Positions 27,507 to 36,904 of a stretch of DNA of 64,000 bases are shown in pieces (the stretch's first letter is position 1; every line of letters begins with the position of its first letter). The translations under genes were made by a program, and so were the position numbers. The notes beneath the pieces are model-generated. The model made no database searches and had not been told where the DNA came from. It saw only the letters and a list, made by a program, of their open reading frames with translations. Origin of the DNA: an uncultured Gammaproteobacteria bacterium (lineage in GTDB: Bacteria > Patescibacteriota > Microgenomatia > JAMCZE01); the NCBI GenBank assembly GCA_964576435.1, contig CAZNUP010000001.1:98345-162344 (forward strand). Reading direction: 5' to 3'.

Positions 27507-28535
27507 ATGGTCGCCCCACAACTACCAAATTTCCCAAGTGTCATGTTCACATCCGCCAGGGTAAAGCTCACTATCTGGTATCTCTTCATCATCATGGTTG
27601 TAAGTGTCCTTTTTAGTTTTGCCATTTATACCGGTATCAATACTGAGCTCCAACGCTTTGAACGCCTAACCATGGTCAGAAGAGAAGACGACTTCTTTGG
27701 TACAAGAATTCAAAGACAACCCGCCTTCGATCCAACTATGATTTCAGGAACCAGGAATAAATTAATCCTCACTCTAGTTCTAATTAATCTTGGCATTTTT
27801 ATAACCTCAGGTATCAGTGGTTACGTCTTAGCTGGTAAAACGTTAAAACCAATTGAAGACATGGTGGAAGATCAAAAAAGATTTATAGCTGACGCCTCGC
27901 ACGAATTAAGAACACCTCTAACTGCAATGAAAACAGAAATTGAAGTAGCTCTAAGAGATAAGAGCATGACCTTGGCTGATGCCAAGAAACTTCTAAAAAG
28001 TAATCTCGAAGAAGCAGATAAAATGCAATCTCTTTCAAATTATCTTTTGTCTCTCTCTCGCTATCAAAATAACACTAGCACCTTCCCTCTAGAAAAATTT
28101 AGCCTAACCGAACTCTTAAAGGAGGTTGTCGATAAACTTCAAATAACTGCAAATGCGAAAGATATTGTCCTAAAAACTGAAATGAAAGAAGTTGAAGTTA
28201 GTGGAAATAGAGACAGTCTAAGAGAGCTCTTCACTATTCTAGTTGATAATGCCATTAAGTATAGTGGCAATGGAAAAGAAGTAATTGTTAAAGCAGTTAA
28301 AAAGGATAAACATGCAGTTGTTCAAGTTCAAGACTTTGGTGTTGGTATCAAAGCCTCAGAAATTCCCCACATCTTTGACAGATTCTATAGAGCTGACAGT
28401 TCTCGTAGTAAATCAACAGTAGAAGGCTATGGCTTAGGTCTTTCAATAGCCAAATCAATTGTCGATCTCCATCATGGAAAAATCGACGTCAAATCCACCC
28501 CCGGCCAAGGTACCACCTTCACTGTGATGATATAA
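27507..28535 (+). CDS. Sensor histidine kinase (2 TM, HisKA + HATPase_c)
   Basis: H-box 'ADASHELRTPLTAM'. G-boxes 'DFGVGI' and 'GYGLGLSIAKSIVDLHHGKIDV'. Start codon abuts the RR stop. Confidence 0.85.
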   Translation: MVAPQLPNFPSVMFTSARVKLTIWYLFIIMVVSVLFSFAIYTGINTELQRFERLTMVRREDDFFGTRIQRQPAFDPTMISGTRNKLILTLVLINLGIFITSGISGYVLAGKTLKPIEDMVEDQKRFIADASHELRTPLTAMKTEIEVALRDKSMTLADAKKLLKSNLEEADKMQSLSNYLLSLSRYQNNTSTFPLEKFSLTELLKEVVDKLQITANAKDIVLKTEMKEVEVSGNRDSLRELFTILVDNAIKYSGNGKEVIVKAVKKDKHAVVQVQDFGVGIKASEIPHIFDRFYRADSSRSKSTVEGYGLGLSIAKSIVDLHHGKIDVKSTPGQGTTFTVMI

Positions 28536-28542
28536 TTCCACC

Positions 28543-28980
28543 ATGAAACCCATAAAATTTGCCTTAGCTGTAGTAATCAAGAATCCAAAAAACCCGGATG
28601 AGGTGCTTGCTGTCCTTAGGCCACCAGACGCAAAAAGCTTACCTAATATTTGGGGGTTGCCAGCAGTCTCTCTGAAAGAAAACGAAACTCCTGAGGTGGC
28701 AATTGTAAGGCTGGGCAAAGAAAAGCTCGCTACTACCATAGTGCCCAAAGAATTTATTGGTGTAGATACTGATGAACGAGATTCACACCAACTAGTTCTA
28801 ATGGATATTGAGGTCGAGGTGACAGGACCAGAGCCAGAAGTTCAAAAAGGCACTACGAATGATACAAAATATACAGGGCAAAAATGGACCAGTGATTATT
28901 CTGTTTTCATCCCTGGTGCACAAAAAGGTTCCGTTTGTGATCGAGTTTTCCTAAAGTCCAGAGGCATTTCCTGGCAATAA
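28543..28980 (+). CDS. Hypothetical protein, possibly a degenerate NUDIX-fold protein
   Basis: 'GLPAVSLKENETPEVAIVRLGKEKLA' loosely resembles a Nudix box but does not satisfy REx2EE. Treat as hypothetical. Confidence 0.35.
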   Translation: MKPIKFALAVVIKNPKNPDEVLAVLRPPDAKSLPNIWGLPAVSLKENETPEVAIVRLGKEKLATTIVPKEFIGVDTDERDSHQLVLMDIEVEVTGPEPEVQKGTTNDTKYTGQKWTSDYSVFIPGAQKGSVCDRVFLKSRGISWQ

Positions 28981-29042
28981 ATCTCCTAAGCAACTTTTCA
29001 AAAGTTATTAAATTAAAACCTTGTTATAATTATTAAGGGTGA

Positions 29043-29246
29043 TTGCTAATGGAAAAATATGTCGGCTACGGAAATCTTAAGGTCTACGATCTCTTTGTTA
29101 TTTTACTTATTGCTGTATTAACAATACTGGTGGCGTTTGTAAATGGGGCGTTTCAACTAAACTTAAATGCTTGGGTAATTACAATCTTTGTTGTTGGTAT
29201 TGAACTCGCTTATATTTTCGGGGTAGTAAATAAAAGGAAAAAATAG
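29043..29246 (+). CDS. Hypothetical small two-TM membrane protein
   Basis: Two hydrophobic helices. Followed by a strong terminator. Confidence 0.3.
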   Translation: MLMEKYVGYGNLKVYDLFVILLIAVLTILVAFVNGAFQLNLNAWVITIFVVGIELAYIFGVVNKRKK

Positions 29247-29304
29247 TACTAAGCAACTTCTCAGGAACCTTTGTTAATATCCTAATCAAACCGCAGTCTG
29301 AGAA

Positions 29305-29333
29305 AAAACCCCGATTTTTATCGGGGTTTTTGT
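29305..29333. terminator. Rho-independent terminator (A-tract, GC stem CCCCGAT/ATCGGGG, T-tract); potentially bidirectional
   Basis: 'aaaaaaCCCCGATttttATCGGGGtttttg' read directly from the sequence. Confidence 0.7.
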
Positions 29334-29394
29334 TACACTAAATGCATTGTTAATTTAAGCCGATTCTAAGAAACGGCTCATACAATGAAAATAC

Positions 29395-30678
29395 ATGGAC
29401 AAACTCAAAGGGTTTATTAGTCGCCACAAAAAACTTTTAGTTGTTTTGGTTCTCGTAGTTGTCGTTGGTTTAATTGGTTTTAAATTCTTTGGTCCAAAAC
29501 AAGCTTCTGTTCAAACCCAAACGGTAACTGTTGAAAGAGGGACTATTGTTTCGGGGGTCTCTGCCTCAGGAGCTGTTTTGTCAGCCAACTTCACACCCAT
29601 TAATACTAAAGCTAGTGGCACAGTAGCCGCAGTCTACGTAAAAGATGGAGACACAGTAACTAGTGGTCAAAAAATCGCTGAAGTTACACTAAGTGCTGAA
29701 GGCCAGCAAGCAAATGCTTCCGCTTGGGCTAACTATCAAAATGCTGTTTCTAATTTAGCTTCCGCCAATGCAACCGCCTATTCACTAAAATCAGCCATGC
29801 TTTCAAGTTGGGATGACTTTAAATCACTTGCTGAAAGTGGCGCTTACACAAATGGCGATGGTTCAGCAAATTCCGGAAATCGTGCCGCACCAGAATTCGC
29901 AACAGCAGAGGCCGATTGGCAAGCAGCTGAAGCAAAATATAAAAATCAACAAACGGCAATTGCTGCTGCTCAAAGTTCCCTAAATAGTTCTTATCTAACT
30001 TACCAGCAAACTTCAGGAACAGTTGTGGCTGCAGCAGCTGGTGAAATTGATAGTGTCACAGTTGCCCCGGGGATGGTCATTAACTCGGTCGCTTCAACTT
30101 CAACAACAGATACTGGTTCCACACAGCGCGTCGCCATAATTAAAAACACCAATGAACCAATTGTCAGTGCCAACGTTTCTGAAGTCGACGTTCAAAAAGT
30201 AAAGGCTGGCCAAAAGGCTACAGTCACATTAGATAGTATTGCTGACAAAACTTTTACTGGCAAAGTTGTAAGTGTGGATAGAATTGGAGAAACTTCAAGT
30301 AACGTCACAAATTACCCAGTCTTAATTCAACTGGATACTGGTAGCGATTCACTTCTTCCAAATATGGCAGCCTCAGCAAATATTATTTTAAGTACAAAAG
30401 CTGATGTGTTAGTTGTGCCTACAGGAGCAGTCCAAACTCAAAATGGCACTTCGACTGTTAGAGTGCAAAGGGGTGGCAAAGAAATTCAAGTTGAAGTAAA
30501 AACTGGTTTAGTAGGTGACACGCAAACTGAAATAACCTCGGGACTAAAAGAAGGCGATGTTGTTATTACTGGAACGACAACAACTGGAACAGGTTCAACT
30601 ACAAGGTCAGTCTTTAGTGGAAATAGTAGCTTCGGTGGTGGCAGTTTTGGTGGTGGAACCAGAATAAATCGCCAATGA
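29395..30678 (+). CDS. Periplasmic adaptor / membrane fusion protein (HlyD/MacA-like) with a Gly/Thr-rich tail
   Basis: N-terminal TM anchor, biotinyl-lipoyl-like 'GTVAAVYVKDGDTVTSGQKIAEV', and a long helical hairpin region. Operon with the MacB-type ABC genes. Confidence 0.7.
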   Translation: MDKLKGFISRHKKLLVVLVLVVVVGLIGFKFFGPKQASVQTQTVTVERGTIVSGVSASGAVLSANFTPINTKASGTVAAVYVKDGDTVTSGQKIAEVTLSAEGQQANASAWANYQNAVSNLASANATAYSLKSAMLSSWDDFKSLAESGAYTNGDGSANSGNRAAPEFATAEADWQAAEAKYKNQQTAIAAAQSSLNSSYLTYQQTSGTVVAAAAGEIDSVTVAPGMVINSVASTSTTDTGSTQRVAIIKNTNEPIVSANVSEVDVQKVKAGQKATVTLDSIADKTFTGKVVSVDRIGETSSNVTNYPVLIQLDTGSDSLLPNMAASANIILSTKADVLVVPTGAVQTQNGTSTVRVQRGGKEIQVEVKTGLVGDTQTEITSGLKEGDVVITGTTTTGTGSTTRSVFSGNSSFGGGSFGGGTRINRQ

Positions 30679-31352
30679 TTAGTCTCTCTCACATTTCAAA
30701 AATCTATTCTAATGACGGAACTGAAACCATTGCCTTAAAAGACATTTCTTTTGAAGTCAAAAAAGGTGAGTTCGTTGCTATCATGGGTCCTTCCGGCTCA
30801 GGCAAATCAACTTTAATGCACATTATTGGCGCTTTAGATAAGCCCACCTCAGGCACCTATATCTTAGATGGGGAAAATGTTGAAAAACTTTCTGACGATA
30901 AGCTTGCTGACATTAGAAATAGAAAAATTGGTTTCATTTTCCAAGCATTTAACCTTTTGCCAAGAACTTCAGCTCTGAAAAACGTCATGCTGCCAATGAG
31001 CTATGCAGGGATTTCAAAAAAAGAACGGCAGGAACGCGCTGAAAAATTTCTCACCATGGTTGGTCTAAAAGATCGGATGGACCACACGAGTAGTCAATTG
31101 TCGGGAGGTCAACAGCAACGCGTAGCCATAGCAAGAGGTTTGGCAATGAACCCAGCTATCCTTCTTGCTGATGAACCAACTGGGAATATAGCCAGTAACC
31201 AAGCAGAAGAAATAATGGATATCTTTAAAAAGCTAAATAAAGAAGGTCACACAATTGTCATGATTACCCATGAGCCAGATATCGCTGCTCACGCTGGTAG
31301 AACTATCACCATTAAAGATGGAGAAATAATTAGTGATAAAAAAAATAAATAG
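30675..31352 (+). CDS. ABC transporter ATP-binding protein (MacB/LolD-type)
   Basis: Walker A 'GPSGSGKSTL', signature 'LSGGQQQRVAIARGL', Walker B 'ILLADEPTGN'. Confidence 0.9.
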   Translation: MISLSHISKIYSNDGTETIALKDISFEVKKGEFVAIMGPSGSGKSTLMHIIGALDKPTSGTYILDGENVEKLSDDKLADIRNRKIGFIFQAFNLLPRTSALKNVMLPMSYAGISKKERQERAEKFLTMVGLKDRMDHTSSQLSGGQQQRVAIARGLAMNPAILLADEPTGNIASNQAEEIMDIFKKLNKEGHTIVMITHEPDIAAHAGRTITIKDGEIISDKKNK

Positions 31353-31354
31353 CT

Positions 31355-32575
31355 ATGGATTTATCTGAAATCATTTCTGAAGCAATTAGTACGTTAACGG
31401 TAAATAAACTAAGAACAATTTTAGCTACCCTTGGTGTTGTTATAGGAATTGGCAGTGTCATCGCCTTAATTTCTTTAGGTCAAGCAAGTCAGCAAGCAGT
31501 TCAAAACCAAATTCAATCTCTTGGATCAAACCTCTTAACAGTTATTCCAGGAAGTACCCAAGCTGGGGGAATTAGGGGAGCAATTGGTGGGGGAACCACT
31601 TTAACCTATGATGATGCCAAAGCTATAACCACTGCAAACCTTTCTTCAGTTAAAAATATTTCTCCAGAATACACCAGCCGTGCCCAAGTTGTAGCTGGAA
31701 GAAATAATACCAACACTCAAGTCATTGGTGCGACCCCAGCCTATGCTGATGTTAGGAAGCTTGAACTAAAAGAAGGCCAGTTCATAACAAACACCGATGT
31801 CGCAGGCATAGCAAAAGTCGCTGTTCTTGGACCTCAGGTTGTAACTGATCTTTTTGGTGAAGGCACAAATCCAATAGGTCAGTCAATTAGAATCAACGGC
31901 ACTTCATTGAAAGTTGTTGGGGTCACAGTAGCAAAAGGCGGTAGTGGTTTTCTAAACCAAGATGACAGAATTTATGTTCCATTAACTACTGCCCAAAAAC
32001 AACTCTTTGGCTCAACAAACGTTAGTTCAATTGCAATTGAAGCAACGAGCGCCGACACTATGACTCAAGCACAAGACCAAATTGGCTATCTCCTTCTTGG
32101 AAGGCACAAGCTAACCGATCCAACTGACGCTGATTTTACAATCCAATCACAAAATGACATTTTGGACACTGCGTCTTCAATAACAGGCACCTTTACAGCT
32201 CTCCTTTCAGGAATCGCTGCCATATCCCTCGTAGTTGGAGGAATTGGAATTATGAACATCATGTTAGTTACGGTAACAGAACGGACAAGAGAAATTGGTC
32301 TAAGAAAAGCTCTTGGTGCGAAGAAAAATACCATCATCACCCAATTTTTAGTTGAAACAATTATCTTAACTTTTGCAGGTGGCGTCTTAGGGATGATAAT
32401 TGGAATAACTGCCTCGTTTATTATCTCCAGCCTAATTGGTCTACCATTTACAATTTCTATTCAAGCAATTGGTTTAGCAATTGGCGTCTCAGGAGGAATC
32501 GGTCTAATCTTTGGTCTTTATCCCGCAAGAAAAGCCGCCAATCTTCAACCAATCGAAGCTCTTAGATACGAGTAA
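31355..32575 (+). CDS. ABC transporter permease, FtsX/MacB family
   Basis: N-terminal TM helix, large periplasmic domain, C-terminal 3 TM helices with 'MNIMLVTVTERTREIGLRKALGA'. Confidence 0.85.
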   Translation: MDLSEIISEAISTLTVNKLRTILATLGVVIGIGSVIALISLGQASQQAVQNQIQSLGSNLLTVIPGSTQAGGIRGAIGGGTTLTYDDAKAITTANLSSVKNISPEYTSRAQVVAGRNNTNTQVIGATPAYADVRKLELKEGQFITNTDVAGIAKVAVLGPQVVTDLFGEGTNPIGQSIRINGTSLKVVGVTVAKGGSGFLNQDDRIYVPLTTAQKQLFGSTNVSSIAIEATSADTMTQAQDQIGYLLLGRHKLTDPTDADFTIQSQNDILDTASSITGTFTALLSGIAAISLVVGGIGIMNIMLVTVTERTREIGLRKALGAKKNTIITQFLVETIILTFAGGVLGMIIGITASFIISSLIGLPFTISIQAIGLAIGVSGGIGLIFGLYPARKAANLQPIEALRYE

Positions 32576-32596
32576 CTTCTAAGTAATTCCTCAGTT

Positions 32597-33052
32597 TTGA
32601 GGAGGAAAATAAATCAAGTGAAAAATACCAACCTCATTATTATTGGAATTGTCGCCCTATTAATTGGTGGGGGAATTGGATTTTTTGGCGGCATGACCTA
32701 TCAAAAATCTCAAACACAATCCAGTATGCCTGGAAATTTCCAGGGTGGTCAGTTCCAAGGCAGGCAAGGAGGGAATCGCACTTTTGGCAATGGAACAGGC
32801 ATTCGTCCAGTCTCTGGTGAAATTCTCTCAACTGATTCAGGTTCAATTACAGTTAAACTCCAAGACGGTAGTTCAAAAATAATTCTCATTACCGATAAAA
32901 CTACGATTGGAAAATCTGCATCTGCTTCGGCAAGTGATTTAAAACAAGGTGAGCAAGTCGCCGCTTTTGGATCAGAAAATGAAGGCGGCTCAATTACAGC
33001 TACCAATATTCAAATTGGTGGAGGTGCATTTAGAGTTCGTACTAGTCAATAA
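32597..33052 (+). CDS. Hypothetical membrane-anchored Gly/Gln-rich protein (DUF5666-like?)
   Basis: N-terminal TM helix. 'ITVKLQDGSSKIILITDKTTI' is a repeat-like beta motif often found after MacAB operons. Confidence 0.35.
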   Translation: MRRKINQVKNTNLIIIGIVALLIGGGIGFFGGMTYQKSQTQSSMPGNFQGGQFQGRQGGNRTFGNGTGIRPVSGEILSTDSGSITVKLQDGSSKIILITDKTTIGKSASASASDLKQGEQVAAFGSENEGGSITATNIQIGGGAFRVRTSQ

Positions 33053-33755
33053 GTTTTACTTGCGGAATTTTTTGCCCATTTATCCCATTAAACATTAAGT
33101 TTTGATAGCCACTACTTATTACTGCCGTTTTGCTAGTTGGTGAATATAAGAATTGATAAGCTGCGTTTAACCAACAACTTCCCCCTGGGTTCCCAGCATC
33201 TCCTTGTCCTCTGAGCGCAATTTTGTATGTGTCTTTGGTGCCTTTTACAAATTCTTTTGAAGAAATCTGACAGTCAGTTACTCCTAAATTCTTTTCTCCA
33301 AAAGCAAGAAGTGCGCTATCAGTCGAAACCTTGGCGTAAGAAAAACTCATTGCAGTTGCAGGAAGATTATCTCTAATTGTTCCAAGCGTAGTTGTCACAT
33401 TTTGACATGAGTTATCTTGGCCAATTTTTACAGTCTTAGTATCGGAAACATAAATCCTACTATTTTTGGAGTCCTTAAAAACTTCCACATTAACTGGAGA
33501 TTCTTTGCTTTCTTTCCAAACTTCACAATTTGCCATATAGGTCATATCCACTTTTGGATAAGTCACCTCAAATCCATATTGGTGATTAATATATTTTCCA
33601 GTTTTGCTATCAACTGAAACAGATTCTTCGTTTGGTGGGTCATTAAGTGGAGAAGAATTTAAAACTGCCTGTGGCTTAGGAAGGTTAGTGTAAATGATTG
33701 CAGCACCAAGGCTTATGACTACTCCAACAATCAAAATAATGAAGTACGGCTTCAT
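33042..33755 (-). CDS. Hypothetical secreted, Cys-containing protein
   Basis: N-terminal signal/TM helix. No motif recognised. Confidence 0.4.
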   Translation of the reverse strand: MKPYFIILIVGVVISLGAAIIYTNLPKPQAVLNSSPLNDPPNEESVSVDSKTGKYINHQYGFEVTYPKVDMTYMANCEVWKESKESPVNVEVFKDSKNSRIYVSDTKTVKIGQDNSCQNVTTTLGTIRDNLPATAMSFSYAKVSTDSALLAFGEKNLGVTDCQISSKEFVKGTKDTYKIALRGQGDAGNPGGSCWLNAAYQFLYSPTSKTAVISSGYQNLMFNGINGQKIPQVKLID

Positions 33756-33761
33756 AATTTA

Positions 33762-34238
33762 ATGATACCACGGTATACTCGGCGTATGATGCCACCCGAA
33801 AGTGACTATATGGGCCTCCTGCCGCTCTTTTTCTTGTCTTTCCTATCGGAAATATTAATTCCTATCCCCATAGGACTAATTCTGATTGCCATGATCATTG
33901 CTGGCTTTGCAGCTGGTCCCGTGGTAATTGTTAGCATGCTTGGTTTTACTCTGGGAGCAATTGTCGATTACAGTGTTGGACGCTACGGTCTCCATAGGCT
34001 TGACTGGTTTAAAAGGCACCAGGACTCAAAAACCTATGCACGAACCAAAAAAATATATGACCGCTATGGTCCATGGTCACTTTTAGGGGTTTGGGTTCCG
34101 GCGGTAGGAAAGTATATCGCACCAGTAGCTGGTATTATGAAACTACCATGGAAAAAATTTCTCCCACTCTATGTCATAGGAAAAATCATCTACTTCATCC
34201 CTCTCGCCCTTGTTATTCTCGTTCTAAGTAGGTTTTAA
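33762..34238 (+). CDS. DedA/VTT-domain (YqaA-like) membrane protein
   Basis: 'LLGVWVPAVGKYIAPVAGIMKLPWKKFL' resembles the VTT/SNARE-associated domain. Confidence 0.5.
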   Translation: MIPRYTRRMMPPESDYMGLLPLFFLSFLSEILIPIPIGLILIAMIIAGFAAGPVVIVSMLGFTLGAIVDYSVGRYGLHRLDWFKRHQDSKTYARTKKIYDRYGPWSLLGVWVPAVGKYIAPVAGIMKLPWKKFLPLYVIGKIIYFIPLALVILVLSRF

Positions 34239-34447
34239 CCTTTTTTCTGAATCATCCAATCAGCTAAGAAGCCAACAACGACGACCAAAACGCCAAGAAC
34301 TAATGCGTTATTCATAAGACTTGGAACAAAGGACAAAACGATCATGCCAACACCCACGCCCATAAGGATGTGAACCAAAGAATGGGGAGTAAAACACTCC
34401 TCAAGCATTTTTTCAAAACTCATTCCTCCACTTTTTTTGCTTGCCAT
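34235..34447 (-). CDS. Hypothetical small membrane protein
   Basis: Two hydrophobic helices. Confidence 0.3.
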   Translation of the reverse strand: MASKKSGGMSFEKMLEECFTPHSLVHILMGVGVGMIVLSFVPSLMNNALVLGVLVVVVGFLADWMIQKKG

Positions 34448-34474
34448 AACTTAATTCACCCCCAATCAGTATAT

Positions 34475-34681
34475 TTACTTTTTCGGTTTATAAATTCCAA
34501 CTTTCTTGGCTATCCACAACAAAACTCTCAAAATCACCATTATTACAACCGCTGTAATGAAAAAGTTAAAAAGAAAGTAAAAAATTCCGTTCCTAATAAG
34601 TCCATAAGTTAGTAGAAGCGAAATTACAGCTCCAATTCCAAGTAATATCCCATCAGTTTTTCCAAATGGAGAAATTTTCAT
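34475..34681 (-). CDS. Hypothetical small membrane protein
   Basis: Two hydrophobic helices. Confidence 0.3.
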   Translation of the reverse strand: MKISPFGKTDGILLGIGAVISLLLTYGLIRNGIFYFLFNFFITAVVIMVILRVLLWIAKKVGIYKPKK

Positions 34682-34711
34682 CTTTGTTACTTCCTGTCTA
34701 ATATCAGAATA

Positions 34712-35323
34712 CTAAGGTTTTGATCTCTTTTGCAACTCCCCAAATTCTTTTGCACTAAGTTCTTTTATCTCTGGTAAATTTTGATAATGATTATTAGCTA
34801 CAAACGACACCCTGCCATCTTTATTAACAAGGTAATATGCCATTCCTTGTAATTTTTCGATTACTGCGTAATCAGATGGATCATGTCCTTCTCTCCAGTT
34901 GTCATATAAAACTAGTGGTTCGTTTGAAATATTTGACCACGAATGTCCATAATCCCACGGAATTGTAATTTCGTCTCCAGGCTCTCCATGAACTGCCAAA
35001 ACTTCAGACACTGTTTCCATAAGCCACATTTTTTTATCAAATGCCTTTTTCTGAAGCAAAAATATCCCCTTACCAGAAACTACATGATATTTTTCGGGAA
35101 CATCCACCCCATGGTAATGCCCAAATGTCTTTGAAAACTCCCCATCAAACATACCTGGAGCGATGACTGTCATGTTAGCTGGACCTGAAGGGTCTAAGGA
35201 GATATGGTTAAACATGAAATAAACTGGGTCAGGCCCCGTAGCTTCTTTGTTCATTAAAACTGGTTGGATACCCATAAGGTCCCGGACAGAACCAAGTCTC
35301 ATATATAAAAGTATATAATACAT
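34712..35323 (-). CDS. Cupin-type glucose-6-phosphate isomerase (archaeal-type cPGI); true start probably an internal Met
   Basis: 'TFGHYHGVDVPEKYHVVSGKG' matches the cPGI metal-binding signature (TxGHxHx7-9ExY). Divergent from zwf. Confidence 0.65.
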   Translation of the reverse strand: MYYILLYMRLGSVRDLMGIQPVLMNKEATGPDPVYFMFNHISLDPSGPANMTVIAPGMFDGEFSKTFGHYHGVDVPEKYHVVSGKGIFLLQKKAFDKKMWLMETVSEVLAVHGEPGDEITIPWDYGHSWSNISNEPLVLYDNWREGHDPSDYAVIEKLQGMAYYLVNKDGRVSFVANNHYQNLPEIKELSAKEFGELQKRSKP

Positions 35324-35326
35324 TTC

Positions 35327-36754
35327 ATGGAAAATTTCGCCCTAGTTATCTTCGGCATCACCTCAAACCTAGTCCAAATTAAACTCCTGCCAGCTCTCTA
35401 TGATTTAGCCGAAAAAGGTCTCCTGCCAAAAGACATGGTAGTAATTGGTATAGCCAGAAGAAACCTCTCTGAAGCAGACTTCAAAGGCCACATTCACAAG
35501 TCTTTGCATACTCAAAACATTCACCACAAACACGAAGTAAAACAGGATGTGGCTGGAAAGCTTCTTGATCATTTTCACTATCTACAGGGCAATTTTGATG
35601 ACACCAGTGAGCAAAGTGTCTACGAACATCTATCAGAAGTACTAAAAGAACACAACGTAAAAAACCGTCTATTTTATCTAGCTACCTACCCAGATCTTTA
35701 TGCAGGTATTTTTGAATCCCTTAGTAAATATCATTTAAATAAAAGTACCTCTGGTTGGACAAGACTAATTATTGAAAAACCCTTTGGTAATAACGAAGAA
35801 ACTGCCAAAACATTAGACACGCTTTTGCATAAACACTTTAAAGAAGAACAGGTTTTCAGGCTCGATCACTATCTTGGTAAAGAAACCTTGCAAAATATCA
35901 TTACTTTTAGATTTGCTAACGAAATCTTTGAACACATAATTGACAATAAGCACTTAGACCACATTCAAATAACAGCTAGTGAAGATATTGGAATTGGTAA
36001 GAGGGGCGGTTACTACGATTTAGTAGGTGCTCTAAAAGATGTGGGGCAAAACCATGAGCTCCAATTAATTACATCTGTCACCATGGACGCTCCAAAAGCA
36101 TTTACGAATAAAGATGTAACTAAAGAACGAATCAAAATTCTCAAAAAATTAGTTCCCATGCCACAAGACCTAGTCTTGGGCCAGTATAATGGCTACCTTT
36201 ATGAAGAAAACGTCAAAGAAAATTCCAATACTGAGACGTTTTTTGCTCTAAAAACTGAAATTGATAACCCTCGTTTTAAAGGTGTGCCAATTTATGTTAG
36301 AGCCGGTAAAAAACTTGCTAGGTATGCTACAGAAATTAATTTGGTTTTCAAGTCTCCTCACAATCGTTTGTTTTCCCATTTGGACATGGGTACCATGCCC
36401 AATATTTTGACTTATCGAATCTTCCCAGATGAAGGAGTAGGTCTTCAAGTTCTAACTAAAAGCCCAACTCATGAGTGGCGACTAGATATCGATCACATGA
36501 ACTACAAATACAAACAAGGAGAAAATTCCATTCCTGACGCCTACGAAAAACTTCTTTATGATGCCATAAAGGGGGACCAAACTTTCTTTAATGATGCGCC
36601 TGAAATTGAAGCGCAGTGGCATTTTACTGACGAGCTTTTAAAAAACCCACCCAAAGTAGTTTCCTATGAACCAGGAACCTGGGGTCCTAAAGAAGCAAAT
36701 GATTTAATCGAAAAAGACGGCCGTAAGTGGCTTGAGCCAAAGGAGGAATTTTAA
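35327..36754 (+). CDS. zwf: Glucose-6-phosphate 1-dehydrogenase
   Basis: 'EKPFGNNEETAKTLDTLLHKHFKEEQVFRLDHYLGKETLQNI' contains the G6PD active-site RIDHYLGKE motif. Confidence 0.9.
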   Translation: MENFALVIFGITSNLVQIKLLPALYDLAEKGLLPKDMVVIGIARRNLSEADFKGHIHKSLHTQNIHHKHEVKQDVAGKLLDHFHYLQGNFDDTSEQSVYEHLSEVLKEHNVKNRLFYLATYPDLYAGIFESLSKYHLNKSTSGWTRLIIEKPFGNNEETAKTLDTLLHKHFKEEQVFRLDHYLGKETLQNIITFRFANEIFEHIIDNKHLDHIQITASEDIGIGKRGGYYDLVGALKDVGQNHELQLITSVTMDAPKAFTNKDVTKERIKILKKLVPMPQDLVLGQYNGYLYEENVKENSNTETFFALKTEIDNPRFKGVPIYVRAGKKLARYATEINLVFKSPHNRLFSHLDMGTMPNILTYRIFPDEGVGLQVLTKSPTHEWRLDIDHMNYKYKQGENSIPDAYEKLLYDAIKGDQTFFNDAPEIEAQWHFTDELLKNPPKVVSYEPGTWGPKEANDLIEKDGRKWLEPKEEF

Positions 36755-36904
36755 ATGCCAATGTACGGATTAAAATATGATGTTTCTTTTTATGAACTTC
36801 TCATTTTTATTTCCCTTGCATTTGTGGCGGGGCTTTTGACCTGGGTGTTCATTAGTTGGCTTAAAGAAAGGGTGAAACCAAGTAGTAAAATAAAGAAGAA
36901 ATGA
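36755..36904 (+). CDS. Hypothetical 49-aa single-TM peptide (not in the provided ORF track)
   Basis: ATG at 36755 follows the RBS-like 'aggagg'. One hydrophobic helix. The stop overlaps the next ATG (ATGA). Confidence 0.25.
   Translation: MPMYGLKYDVSFYELLIFISLAFVAGLLTWVFISWLKERVKPSSKIKKK

Noticed and set aside
28543-28980. Fourth NUDIX hydrolase
   Set aside because: The Nudix-box-like segment does not satisfy the REx2EE catalytic core. It is kept as hypothetical with only a note of possible NUDIX-like fold.
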